Of a stretch of 64,000 nucleotides of DNA, positions 1-9,772 are shown one piece after another. Under the pieces are notes generated by a model. It had not been told where the DNA came from, searched no databases, and saw only the letters and a program-made list of their open reading frames with translations. Source of the DNA: an uncultured Alphaproteobacteria bacterium. GTDB taxonomy: Bacteria > Pseudomonadota > Alphaproteobacteria > RF32 > CAG-239. Positions within the stretch are counted from its first letter, which is position 1; each line of letters begins with the position of its first letter. The translations under genes and the position numbers were made by a program. The stretch covers positions 10,636 through 74,635 of the forward strand of contig CAJUCZ010000004.1 of the NCBI GenBank assembly GCA_910585375.1, given 5' to 3'.

Positions 1-163
1 CATGTCAGTACATATGTTTTTCGAACTCTCCGGCCACCTTCTTCTGAGGTGGTTTTTTATTACCCCGGAGAAGACAATGTATACAATTATTTTTTCTCAC
101 ATCTTTTCTGTCCGGAAGTAAAAGCCGTCTCTATGCGTTTAACATATTGAACGGAGAAAAAAT

Positions 164-1042
164 ATGAATAAAGAAGAATTACACTTTTTTCTGGGGGGAA
201 AAGATTTGGAAATGGCAGCAATTAAAACTCTTTTGGAAAAAGAGAATGTAGCTTACAGTGATGCCGGGCTGGCATGGGGAGCTTCGACATCTAAATATGG
301 TGATGAAATCAGCAAAGTATCTTCAAAGGGCAAAACCCCGGTTCTGGTGGAGTTGCAGGTTGATTCACCCCTGCCTGAGAATATTATCAATATCGACCAC
401 CATAACGACAGAGCCGGAGAACCGGCATCTATTCTGCAAGTTTGCGAAACGCTTGGAATTCAACCTACACGCACAATGCAACTGATTGCAGCTAATGACA
501 GCGGATATATTCCGGCAATGAAAGCTATGGGCGCCACACCGGAAGAGGTTAGTCAAATTCGGCTGATGGATCGTCAGGCACAGGGAATTACTGCCGAGCA
601 GGAACAGGAAGCCGAACGCGCAATTGCTGAAAAAGAAGAAGTTTACGGTGTAACGGTGGTTCGAATGAAGCATTCCAAAACGGCAACGGTAACTGATCGT
701 TTGTTCGATGAAAATAAACCACAAAATTTGTTGATATTTTCAGAGGACGGCGAAGTTAACTATTTTGGTAACGGCCTTATTTGTAAAGAGCTGCAAGGCA
801 ACAAAACAGGAAAAGATGAAAACGGTTATGACACCTTTGACCATTTTGGTGGCTGGAATGGCGGTACAGGGCTTGGTAAAAGTGATGGCACGGCTTTTTG
901 GGGCGGATATCCCAACCATGCCGAAGTGCTGAAATTTGTTATCAACCGCAACCGTGAGCTTAACCAGAAAGAAAAAAGCGCGCCGCAGCAGGATATGATA
1001 ATGAAAAGTATTATTAAAGATTTCGGAAACCGCAGCCGTTAA
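164..1042 (+). CDS. hypothetical protein, 292 aa, C-terminus ...FGNRSR
   Basis: ATG at 164 with upstream GGAG; long ORF; no recognisable family (single IDHH tripeptide is insufficient to call DHH phosphoesterase); shares C-terminal G-x-R-S-R tail with the two following CDSs. Confidence 0.5.
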   Translation: MNKEELHFFLGGKDLEMAAIKTLLEKENVAYSDAGLAWGASTSKYGDEISKVSSKGKTPVLVELQVDSPLPENIINIDHHNDRAGEPASILQVCETLGIQPTRTMQLIAANDSGYIPAMKAMGATPEEVSQIRLMDRQAQGITAEQEQEAERAIAEKEEVYGVTVVRMKHSKTATVTDRLFDENKPQNLLIFSEDGEVNYFGNGLICKELQGNKTGKDENGYDTFDHFGGWNGGTGLGKSDGTAFWGGYPNHAEVLKFVINRNRELNQKEKSAPQQDMIMKSIIKDFGNRSR

Positions 1043-1138
1043 CAATATGGAGGAACCGGAGCTATCCGGTTCCTCACCGCTGCTGGGCGGTTTGATGCAC
1101 AGCAGCTGTAAACTGCCCCAATTTGCAGGAGAAGAATT

Positions 1139-3484
1139 ATGACTGATAATGAATTACTAACATGGCCGATATTTTCGGCAAACCAAGATGAAGTGGCAAA
1201 GGCTTTAAAAGAAAAAGGTTACACGGTAAAAAAGATTTGGAAAAAGGTAAGCGGTAGCGATTCTTTACAAGAACTGTATTTTGAAATATCTGTTGCGGAT
1301 GATGTTATCAGCAAAGAAGCCATTGATGCCGTTAATAAAGATATTTCAGAATGTTCCGAGCACGTGAAAAATTATAAGTTAAAACAAATTGACAATGAAT
1401 TTGAAAAAAACATCCTTGATAAGCAAGGTATTTTATCTTTTATAAAATATAATAAATATCAGAAACCTCAGCCACAAAAAAGATATTATCAAGATAAATA
1501 TGACTACTGGTTTTCTGTAACAAGTTTTGATGACGGCAAAATATTTCTTGCAGATAGAGAAAAGTTGGAAAAAAATAAAGACCAAGCCATAGAAATTGTA
1601 AGGCCTGATTTGTTAACTACAAATATTGAAAAAGAGTTGAAGGATAAAGCATATGAGGCAAAGTTAACTTTAAAATACAAAGAATATGACCATTTTACAT
1701 ATATTGTTAAAGGCCATGAACTGGAAAATGTCTTTTGGATGGATTTGGACTTATCCAATCCCGAAGATATGCAAAAAGCCTTAGCGCAGGATTCTTTGCG
1801 CTGGCCATCGTTCAGTGCTCTAGACAAAGAACTGGCCGCAAAGCTTGAAGAACACGGATATATCTGTAGAAAAGTCGGCCGAAGCGGTTTTGACAGCCGT
1901 AATCGTTTTAATGTCATGACCCAGGACGGCAAGCTGACTTCCGAAGTCTTAGAGCGGCTTAAACAGGAAGTCAATAATTGCCGAAAGATTTTAGCTGAGG
2001 AGAAAATTCGCGCTTTTGACCAATATTTTGATGAGCAGTCACCGGATAAAAATAAGGTTTATTCTGTGGTTGAGAATGGAAATGATTTTTATTTAACCCG
2101 CACCCAAGATTCTGAAAAATATGACACGATTGCCTCTGACATTGTTGCGTTCACGGCAGACCATCGTAGAAATGTAGGACATACTTATAAAGAGCTGCTT
2201 ATTCATAAAGAACGAATCAAAACTGATAAGCGCCATGTTATTACTTTTGAGGTTCCGCAAAAGATGATCGGGCGCATTATCGGCAAAGGAGGGGCAAATA
2301 TTAAAGCGCTGGGGCAGAAATATGGCAAGCATTTTAAGGTTATTCAAGATCCCGGAGAGATTTACAGAAACAATTTGACAGAGCTGCACGAGACCTTCTC
2401 AACTATGTTGAACAACGGAACCGCTTTGTCATTTGACCTTAGTTTATCCCAATATCCGTGGCTGAATGAAAAAGATAAAAAAGAACTGCAGGAAAAGTTT
2501 ACCTCAGCCGTCATTGAAAAAGACAAACAACGGGAGAAAGAAGCGCAGCTCAAACATGAACGCGATATTTATATTGTAACATCTAACGTTATGTCTTATT
2601 TAGGAGATATGACTTCTCTGCCGGAAAATGAGGTTGTCCTTAAACTTGCAGAGTTTTTGCGGAAGAATAAAGACAATACGGAGATTATTCCGGTTCAGCC
2701 CAATCGTGAAGAACTGGAAACAATCAAGCAGAAAGCATTTGAAACCAGAGAACGGGAGATAAAAAGGCAACAGGAGCTAAAAGAAGCCGAACATCGTTAT
2801 TTTATGGATGCTGTTCATAATCAAATGCTGCGGGTTTTAGAAGAAACAGGAAAAGTAATAGAAGCAGAAAAGCTGACCCAATTCATAAACACAAAATTTG
2901 AGGGTAAAGATCCGGTTCGGCTGCAAGAACTTAAAAAAGAAGCATTCGAGGAACGTGCTGAAAAAGAGCGGCAGTTTCCCCAAAAAGTAGAGAAACTGCG
3001 CGAGATTTATTATAACGTAATTGCCGCTGAAATTACCAATCGAAACGGAGAAATTATTCGTCACGCCTGCGAAAGCAATGGATCAGCCAGCAGAGTTTTC
3101 AACGCGTTGTATGATCAGGCCGAAGAAGCCGGATTGAAAGAAGAATTTTACTTTATCAATATTGCAGAAACTCCACAAGATGACAGTGAGGCCGAACTTT
3201 ACCGGCATAATGTCAAATTCATGGAACAATTTGTGGTTCAAGATATTGAGGAAAACGGCGGCTATTATGATTCGGATGTTTGCTTTTATATTTCGAAATC
3301 GCTGAAAAAGGAAACGGCAGCAGAGATACTTCCCATACAAAAACAAACAGAAGATGTTCCTTCGGAGCCGCAAATCAGCTTGAAAGAAGCCAAAGCTCAG
3401 GCCAAAGGCCAAAAGAGTAAAGGGAAAACCAATAATCTGGCCGATTTGGCGATGCTTCTTAACGGCGGAAAAGGCAGTCGTTAA
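1139..3484 (+). CDS. hypothetical large protein (781 aa) with eukaryote-like type I KH domain and coiled-coil/charged repeats; C-terminus ...GGKGSR
   Basis: RBS caGGAGaagaattATG; KH core VPQKMIGRIIGKGGANIKALGQKYG (GXXG loop) around aa 370-400; very Lys/Glu-rich; markedly lower GC (~33-35%) than flanking core genes. Confidence 0.6.
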   Translation: MTDNELLTWPIFSANQDEVAKALKEKGYTVKKIWKKVSGSDSLQELYFEISVADDVISKEAIDAVNKDISECSEHVKNYKLKQIDNEFEKNILDKQGILSFIKYNKYQKPQPQKRYYQDKYDYWFSVTSFDDGKIFLADREKLEKNKDQAIEIVRPDLLTTNIEKELKDKAYEAKLTLKYKEYDHFTYIVKGHELENVFWMDLDLSNPEDMQKALAQDSLRWPSFSALDKELAAKLEEHGYICRKVGRSGFDSRNRFNVMTQDGKLTSEVLERLKQEVNNCRKILAEEKIRAFDQYFDEQSPDKNKVYSVVENGNDFYLTRTQDSEKYDTIASDIVAFTADHRRNVGHTYKELLIHKERIKTDKRHVITFEVPQKMIGRIIGKGGANIKALGQKYGKHFKVIQDPGEIYRNNLTELHETFSTMLNNGTALSFDLSLSQYPWLNEKDKKELQEKFTSAVIEKDKQREKEAQLKHERDIYIVTSNVMSYLGDMTSLPENEVVLKLAEFLRKNKDNTEIIPVQPNREELETIKQKAFETREREIKRQQELKEAEHRYFMDAVHNQMLRVLEETGKVIEAEKLTQFINTKFEGKDPVRLQELKKEAFEERAEKERQFPQKVEKLREIYYNVIAAEITNRNGEIIRHACESNGSASRVFNALYDQAEEAGLKEEFYFINIAETPQDDSEAELYRHNVKFMEQFVVQDIEENGGYYDSDVCFYISKSLKKETAAEILPIQKQTEDVPSEPQISLKEAKAQAKGQKSKGKTNNLADLAMLLNGGKGSR

Positions 3485-3793
3485 AGTACGGAAAGAATAC
3501 TCGGTTTTATGCAGAATGCAAACCTGAATTTATAATAAAAAATTTTTGTTCTTGATCTCAAACAGATAACACAGAACAGAATGACACCGATTAAAGGAGT
3601 GAAAAATGGATTGATATAAAAATACGTTCTATTTTAGAAAAAGCTTTCAACGAAGACGGTTGTACTCTTTATAGTTGTTAACTTTTGCAAATATATATAG
3701 CGCCTCGTCTTCAAAAATGAGGTGTTCTTCTGCCTGCCAGAACCTTGTAATGAGCCGGCTTCCTCCGCTGCTTCAACTCCAATCTTAGCCAAT

Positions 3794-3826
3794 AAAAAAG
3801 CTGTTCTTTATGAACAGCTTTTTTTG
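3794..3826. terminator. bidirectional intrinsic terminator hairpin (AGCTGTTC-ttta-tGAACAGCT flanked by A6/T7)
   Basis: perfect 8-bp stem with flanking A-run and T-run, immediately downstream (on minus strand) of tRNA-Pro. Confidence 0.55.
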
Positions 3827-3881
3827 AAGCACTTTTTGTGTCTGCGATACCGGAATAAATTGACCGCTACCGCTGTGCGGT

Positions 3882-3958
3882 TGGTCGGGATGACTGGATT
3901 TGAACCAGCGGCCCCTTGCACCCCATGCAAATGCGCTACCAGGCTGCGCTACATCCCG
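3882..3958 (-). tRNA. tRNA-Pro (anticodon GGG)
   Basis: reverse complement folds as cloverleaf: acceptor CGGGATG/CATCCCG, D-stem GCGC/GCGC, anticodon stem TTTGC/GCAAG with loop AUGGGGU (anticodon GGG), T-arm GCTGG-TTCAAAT-CCAGT, discriminator A, CCA encoded. Confidence 0.85.
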
Positions 3959-4108
3959 AAATTTTATAAAATCTAAGAATATTCTATACGGCTTTGCCGG
4001 CAAAAAAGCAAGCATTATTTTTAATTATAAATGAAATATTGCACATATAAATAAAGAATGTTACACTAAACATAATTCAGAGCATAGTTTTACAAGGAAA
4101 ATCATATC

Positions 4109-4750
4109 ATGTCATTTTTTATGTCGGTAGGCCGCCATGAATCTTATGAACGCCATGGAGCCAAATATCCGATTACGCCATCGGGAATAGCAGATGCCTG
4201 GCTGAGTGGTCCGATTCTTGAGGAACAATCCGCACCGGTAGACGTGATATACACGTCGCCTCTGCCTCGGGCGAAAGCCACGGCTGTCGCGCGCGGCATG
4301 TCAATAGGATGTTTGAATATTATAATCAGTGAAGCTCTGCACGAAAACGCTGTACCGTTGGATGTGCTGAAATTTCAAAAACAAACGCTTTCAGAAGCGG
4401 AGGCTGCCGGCATTAAACATATTCACCTTGTAACCCATCAGCCGGTTGTTTCAATTCTGGGCGGTTCTTATTCCGTGCCGCCGGGAAGCATTTATCTTTA
4501 TAAGGGAGAAAGCTGGCAGGATATTATGCAGCGCAGGGCAGAGATTATGTCGTTGCCTTCTGTGGAAAGGTTGCTGTATGTTCTGCAGTTTGAGAAGCCT
4601 GAAGCTTTTGACCGTATGTCTGTACGCTATGCCGGATTAACGGCTTTGGCGCAAGAGCATGGAGGTTCTTTTGAAAGCCTTTTGTCGGCTTATGCTGCTT
4701 CAAACCCGAAAATGATAGCGGCACAAAGGTTTTCCGGTCGATCCCGCTAA
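4109..4750 (+). CDS. histidine phosphatase superfamily protein (phosphoglycerate mutase/SixA-like); C-terminus ...FSGRSR
   Basis: N-terminal RHxxxxxRHG catalytic motif (VGRHESYERHG) and SPLPRAKATA motif typical of branch-1 histidine phosphatases; ATG with weak AAGGA RBS. Confidence 0.55.
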   Translation: MSFFMSVGRHESYERHGAKYPITPSGIADAWLSGPILEEQSAPVDVIYTSPLPRAKATAVARGMSIGCLNIIISEALHENAVPLDVLKFQKQTLSEAEAAGIKHIHLVTHQPVVSILGGSYSVPPGSIYLYKGESWQDIMQRRAEIMSLPSVERLLYVLQFEKPEAFDRMSVRYAGLTALAQEHGGSFESLLSAYAASNPKMIAAQRFSGRSR

Positions 4751-4865
4751 TTTTTATTGACCGTTTTGCCATAAATTTATCTACATGATTTGTATTTTAT
4801 TTGACATCAGGCTCTAAAGTTATAAATTAACCTCACAAGTTAAATTATTTATAATCTTATTATAT

Positions 4866-5390
4866 ATGAATATACAAATAGAGTTGAAGGACGTAGTCGG
4901 CTTGCCGGAATTGTTATCAGAAGATGATAGTGGCAATGCTTATAAGAAAAGGGTTTTTTCCATCATTATTCGTGAACAGACTCTGTCTCTTGGCGAAAAT
5001 CATGTAAATAATGCCCTTAACATCGGCAACAGCTTTAATCCGATATTGGGAAACTGCCGTTTGAATAAAGAGCCGCTGATAAATTGGAAACATCTGATAA
5101 AATCTTTAATCTGCTGTGACTATCATAATCCGGTGATTAAAAAGAAGATTCAGAAAGTGCTTGGTCAAATGGAAGAGGTGGAAAGACTTAAGATACTGTT
5201 ATCCGGTCTCGGATATTTTACCTTTCGGGACTGGCGCCGCCGCACGGCATTACTGCGCAAAAAACGAAAAATATTGCGGCAGAAAGTAGATTTTAACGTT
5301 TTTGTTGCTATGGCCATTATGGTTTATGAACAGAAGAAACTGGGAACGGGAGTAGAGTTTTTACAGGAATTGTGCGTCTGTTATGCTTAA
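4866..5390 (+). CDS. hypothetical protein (174 aa)
   Basis: ORF only, AT-rich surroundings, no recognisable motifs. Confidence 0.3.
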   Translation: MNIQIELKDVVGLPELLSEDDSGNAYKKRVFSIIIREQTLSLGENHVNNALNIGNSFNPILGNCRLNKEPLINWKHLIKSLICCDYHNPVIKKKIQKVLGQMEEVERLKILLSGLGYFTFRDWRRRTALLRKKRKILRQKVDFNVFVAMAIMVYEQKKLGTGVEFLQELCVCYA

Positions 5391-5395
5391 AACAA

Positions 5396-5425
5396 AAACC
5401 CTGACAGAAAGGTCAGGGTTTTTGT
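5396..5425. terminator. bidirectional intrinsic terminator (CCCTGAC-agaaag-GTCAGGG + T5) between convergent genes
   Basis: 7-bp perfect stem, A-run upstream and T-run downstream. Confidence 0.6.
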
Positions 5426-5734
5426 TTAGTCATTAATCGCTTTTTGAATATTCTTACGCAGTGAAACCAAATTGTCATCTGCACAATGCTTTGCTACATA
5501 ATGCCCTTCGGGCGTTGCGGCTTCACGAAAATACTCAATGATAAACAATCTTGCGGAATACGTCAGCCCCAAAGAATTGTGTTTTCCGCTTTCTATCAGG
5601 CTCAATAAGTCATTTTTTGTAATTTTTTCAATATCACAAACTTCTTCCAAGGCTTCCCATTCTTTATGACACAAACGGATGCTTGTTCTTCTGTCGTTGA
5701 TCATTACAACTTTATTAATAAGTTTAGTCATCAT
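5426..5734 (-). CDS. ribbon-helix-helix (RHH_4-like) domain protein
   Basis: motif RRTSIRLCHKEWEALEEVCD...LSLIE...NSLGLTYSARLFIIEYF matches the alphaproteobacterial RHH family often misannotated as aryl-sulfate sulfotransferase. Confidence 0.5.
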   Translation of the reverse strand: MMTKLINKVVMINDRRTSIRLCHKEWEALEEVCDIEKITKNDLLSLIESGKHNSLGLTYSARLFIIEYFREAATPEGHYVAKHCADDNLVSLRKNIQKAIND

Positions 5735-6103
5735 CTCTTTCGTACCATCATCGTTTTTATTATAATACTTTCACAATACACAAATAAAAAGGAAAATACA
5801 ATTTAAAAAAGAAAAATATGGATAATAAAAAGCTTGGTTGCGCAAAATATAGTTGCTATCTTTAATCATATCTCTAATTCGTTGAATTTCAAAATTTTAT
5901 TTAAACAAATCTCAACTTTAAAACATATAAAGACACATATATAGTACTTATGCTTTTATAAAATTGCAATCATAAAATAGTATGTTTTTAAAAATTCAGA
6001 CATTCATACTGGTTTTTCAAGCAAAACAGGCATTGAAAATTTGGGGCAATTAATAATTTTTAAAAAGAAAACAGCCTGCAAAGAAACAGGCTGTTTATGA
6101 TTG

Positions 6104-6607
6104 TTAGGACATCTTTGACTTTTTGACACTGATTTTCTTCACTTTCTGCTGCTCATTGTTTGACTTCGGAAGAACAATCCGAAGCAATCCGTCATTATAT
6201 TCCGCGTCTGCCTTGTTATAATCCAAATCCCGGGGCAGAGGGATTGTCCGTTTGACCATGCCGTATGAAATCTCGGAAAAATAATGGTCTTTGTTCTGAG
6301 AAGAATTTTCATCTTTCTTTTCGGCACTGATTGTCAGATAACCGTCGGAAGAAATCTGCAGTTCAATGTCATTCTCGGCCACGCCGGGAATTTCAGCCGT
6401 TACGGTGACGTTTGATTTATTTTCGGCAACTTCGATTTTGGGTTCCAAATTAACACTGTCGTTAAACTTCGGAAAATCAATCATATGCCATAAGTGTGAC
6501 ATCAGGTTACGCAGATCGCTGCCGCCTGAGGCGGCATGAACAGGCACGTCATTCCCCGATGTTTTATCGTTGGTTGTCAGAGAATTTTTCATTTTTCCTC
6601 CGTTCAA
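6104..6607 (-). CDS. Hsp20/alpha-crystallin family small heat-shock protein
   Basis: alpha-crystallin domain (…VTVTAEIPGVAENDIELQISSDGYLTISAEKK…LLRIVLPK). Confidence 0.85.
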   Translation of the reverse strand: MNGGKMKNSLTTNDKTSGNDVPVHAASGGSDLRNLMSHLWHMIDFPKFNDSVNLEPKIEVAENKSNVTVTAEIPGVAENDIELQISSDGYLTISAEKKDENSSQNKDHYFSEISYGMVKRTIPLPRDLDYNKADAEYNDGLLRIVLPKSNNEQQKVKKISVKKSKMS

Positions 6608-6686
6608 AATGATTAAAAAATGTATTAGTGGTTTAGCAATAATCTATCTAACGTCAAAACAAACTTTTTCAAGTTATAGAAAAAGA

Positions 6687-6932
6687 CTAGTGCCATTTTG
6701 AAGAGATAATTTCTTCCAACTTTTTTTTTGCCAGCTCCAGTTGCTCAAGATTACTGACCTTTTTGCCGGCGCGGTTCATATAAAACAACAGGCGGTGCAG
6801 CGCCAGACTGGGATTGTTGTTGGCACTTCTCATCAGGGTTTTGACAATAACCCCTGCCGGTTGGGTAAAGGTCCCGACAGGCGGATGATAATGAGTGTGA
6901 ATTTCTTCGGACCAGTGTTCATTTTTTTCCAT
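6687..6932 (-). CDS. DUF3175-like small protein
   Basis: LHRLLFYMNRAGKK...LE.AKKKL resembles DUF3175 signature (..FYINRAGKNL..); recalled from memory, not searched. Confidence 0.4.
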   Translation of the reverse strand: MEKNEHWSEEIHTHYHPPVGTFTQPAGVIVKTLMRSANNNPSLALHRLLFYMNRAGKKVSNLEQLELAKKKLEEIISSKWH

Positions 6933-7086
6933 ATTATGTCTCCTTTGTTGTTATACATCGGATATAAGGGCAAATTCCGTCAAGACAATAAAAATTTTTA
7001 TTTACCGTTGCCGCAGAGCAAAAAAGATGATTTTTTTTCTTTCAGGGTAGACAATCAAAAATCAGTAATTATATAAGCGCCCGCAA

Positions 7087-8163
7087 TTGCAGAAATTTTT
7101 TGGGGGAACAGAAGTGGAAGTCACAGATAATCATATCATCAGATATCAAAACGGTGAAGATATCCTGCAGCATCTGACATATCCTCTGGTCAATACGATG
7201 ATTATTGCCAATCACCTGAAAAAACGCTGCCTCCGGATATATCCGGATTCGCATAACAGTCGGTTGGAACTGCATTTCTCCGAAATCAAGAAGCTGATTA
7301 TATGTGAAAACTGTAGTATGGCCGTGGATATGCGAGACAATCCGTATATTAAAGAAGTTGTGATAAAAGACGGTTTTTCCGGCAGTATAAATTTGTCACG
7401 CAGCAGCGTCAGAAAGATATCTGTTGGCACCAACTGCCGATGCGATCTGATCTTGGAAAACGGTCTGAACTGTTTTGAATTCAGTGCCGGAGATGTTTTC
7501 AGCGGCCATGTCCGCATCAAAGATTCCTGTTTTCATAAATTAAGTGTCGGTTATTATTGCTATGCCGATATCAATCTGACCAAAATCCGCGGCCGTAAAA
7601 AAATTAATATCGGAGATTCGTTTCGCGGAATGCTGAAAATGAGCGGCCTGAGTGTTCCCAGGCTGAATATCGGTCATGATTGCCGCGGCAGTATTATTCA
7701 GCAAAGTCAGAATGAGAAAGAACATACAAAACGCCTGCGAATCAAAGATGATTTTGCCGGAACGCTGGACTTGAGCAATGACGGACAGGCCGAGAAAATA
7801 GAGGTCGGCAGCTTTGCTTCCGGAAATTTTAACTTGTTAAACTGCCGCGGCCTGAAATTCTTGAAGTTTGAAGATGCATTCAGCGGCGTAGCGGATTTGA
7901 GCGAGTCTGACATCGAATATGTCAGAGCCGGCAACGGCTGCCGTGGCAGAATAGTCGTGCTGAATTGTCCTCGTCTGACTTTACTGGAACTTCCGCTTAA
8001 TAAAAAAGGCGATATCACGGCCGAAAGAAACCCGCTGCGGATTGAACTTGTTCGCGGCCGCCTATCTTACCGCTTTCATGAAAGAGGGCTTCCTCTCAGC
8101 TATTTTACGCCGTTTTACATCGTCTGGCTTCGGCAGCTCGGTCGCAGTCTGCGCCGCCTTTAA
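7087..8163 (+). CDS. leucine-rich-repeat (BspA-like LRR) protein, start codon uncertain (TTG at 7087 or ATG at 7198)
   Basis: ~22-24 aa repeats of pattern I.VG..F.G...L..C..L..L (e.g. FSGSINLSRSSVRKISVGTNCRCDLILENGLNCFEFSAGDVFSGHVRI...). Confidence 0.45.
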   Translation: MQKFFGGTEVEVTDNHIIRYQNGEDILQHLTYPLVNTMIIANHLKKRCLRIYPDSHNSRLELHFSEIKKLIICENCSMAVDMRDNPYIKEVVIKDGFSGSINLSRSSVRKISVGTNCRCDLILENGLNCFEFSAGDVFSGHVRIKDSCFHKLSVGYYCYADINLTKIRGRKKINIGDSFRGMLKMSGLSVPRLNIGHDCRGSIIQQSQNEKEHTKRLRIKDDFAGTLDLSNDGQAEKIEVGSFASGNFNLLNCRGLKFLKFEDAFSGVADLSESDIEYVRAGNGCRGRIVVLNCPRLTLLELPLNKKGDITAERNPLRIELVRGRLSYRFHERGLPLSYFTPFYIVWLRQLGRSLRRL

Positions 8164-8302
8164 AAATTTGAGATGTCAAGCAAAAAATCTGCATAAATTT
8201 CAGAAAAAATGCATTTTTCCTGCCTTTGGGCTATTTAAATAATGTTACGGTTATGTTACAATAAACACATAAAGACAGATATTATTAAGAGGAGGCTCAG
8301 CC

Positions 8303-8767
8303 ATGAAGGGGATGCATTTTAAGACCATTGGCCGCAGATTAGTGGAAAATGTTTCCAAAGCCAAAGATAAAAAAGAGTTATTGTCGGCATTAAAAGATGC
8401 CTGTTGCAAAACGTCTACGCCGGAAAAAGTTGAAAAAGAGCTCGGAAGAATGGATTTTCCAAGCGGAAAAGAAGTGGCGAAACTCAAAGCGACCATGGCA
8501 AAGGTGCGCATTAACAACGCCGAAGTAAAATTTCAAAAAACTTTGGCTGCAGCCAAAAAGCCGGAACAAATCAAAAAACTTCTTCATAAATATCTGCAAA
8601 GTGAAAAAATGTTTTCCAAAGCGCAGGATTACGCCGTAATCGGCATGGATGCCTATCTTGAAAAAGGTTTTGGTTCGGCCGATGACTTCAGGAAAGACCT
8701 CAAAAAAACGTTTGCTCCGGAAATGACGATGGAACAACATCGCCAACATCAGGAAACTTATGCCTAA
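8303..8767 (+). CDS. hypothetical protein (154 aa)
   Basis: strong RBS AAGAGGAGG 7 nt before ATG; Lys-rich; preferred over overlapping antisense ORF 8390-8905. Confidence 0.5.
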   Translation: MKGMHFKTIGRRLVENVSKAKDKKELLSALKDACCKTSTPEKVEKELGRMDFPSGKEVAKLKATMAKVRINNAEVKFQKTLAAAKKPEQIKKLLHKYLQSEKMFSKAQDYAVIGMDAYLEKGFGSADDFRKDLKKTFAPEMTMEQHRQHQETYA

Positions 8768-8795
8768 ACCCGTGTGTGGCAGACAGCTCCGCAGT

Positions 8796-9716
8796 CTATT
8801 GGATGCGGGGCTGTTTTTTTGCAAAAATTTTCTTCGGGTGCTTTTGCATGCTGACCAGAGCAATGCCGCCGATAACCAGAATACCGCCGTAAACCTCGGC
8901 TGCATTAATCTGCTCGCCCAGCATGTAATAAGCCTCTATGCCGCTGAAAATCGGCAGCAGATAATAGATTATGCCGGTTTTGACATTGCCGATTTTGTTC
9001 AGCGCCGTGTTCCAGGCCAGATAAGAAAGAACCGAGTTGAACAGTCCGAGATAGACCATGACCTCAATTTCTTCCATGTTCAAATTCAGCAGTTGCGTTT
9101 CTGAAGTCGTAAATGCCAGAATTGGTGCAATAATCGCCACGCCGACAATGGCTGTTGCCGCCAGCATGACCGTTTGCGATATTTGTGCCGGCCGCTTACT
9201 TTGCAAAAGCGAATAAACGGCAAAGCAAAAAGTGTTGACCAGCATCCAGAAGTCTCCTCTGACAAAGTTGAACCGCGTTATCTGAGTGAGGTCGCCGTTG
9301 AGAATAATGACAATCACGCCCAAAACGGCAATAGTCAGTCCGGCAATTTGTTTGCCGGAAATAGGGGTGCTTAAAAAAATACGGGAGAGAATAACCAAAA
9401 AGAGCGGCCCCGTCACGTCCAGCAGCCCCATGTCAACGGCTGAGGCTGTTTGTCCGGCGTAATAAATCAGCGTATTGTCCAAAACGATTCCGGTCAAAGC
9501 CAGCCAGAGTACCAACCACCGGTTTTTCAGCAGCAGGCTGAAGTTTTCTTTCAGGCCTTTCCATGCCGCAATTCCCAGAATAACTGCAGCCACGACCCAC
9601 CGTCCGAACGCGATTTCCCACGGCGTGAGCGTATCGGCAAAATAACTGGCAATGATAATGTTAAAGCTCCAGAAAAAGGTTGCGGCAAGCGCATAAAAAT
9701 ATCCGGAATTAATCAT
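8796..9716 (-). CDS. EamA/DMT-family transporter
   Basis: 10 predicted TM helices with duplicated EamA-type halves. Confidence 0.8.
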   Translation of the reverse strand: MINSGYFYALAATFFWSFNIIIASYFADTLTPWEIAFGRWVVAAVILGIAAWKGLKENFSLLLKNRWLVLWLALTGIVLDNTLIYYAGQTASAVDMGLLDVTGPLFLVILSRIFLSTPISGKQIAGLTIAVLGVIVIILNGDLTQITRFNFVRGDFWMLVNTFCFAVYSLLQSKRPAQISQTVMLAATAIVGVAIIAPILAFTTSETQLLNLNMEEIEVMVYLGLFNSVLSYLAWNTALNKIGNVKTGIIYYLLPIFSGIEAYYMLGEQINAAEVYGGILVIGGIALVSMQKHPKKIFAKKQPRIQ

Positions 9717-9772
9717 CTTTTCCTCCTGTTTTTTTGCAGAAGATATAAGCGGTTAATTCCGGAATTAAAGTG

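Noticed and set aside
164-1042. DHH-family phosphoesterase call for first CDS (tripeptide IDHHND)
   Set aside because: No DxD (motif I/II) or GGGH motif found; a lone DHH tripeptide is insufficient.
8390-8905. 171-aa minus-strand ORF overlapping 8303-8767
   Set aside because: Plus-strand ORF has a strong AAGAGGAGG RBS; the minus ORF lacks one and runs into the EamA gene terminator region.
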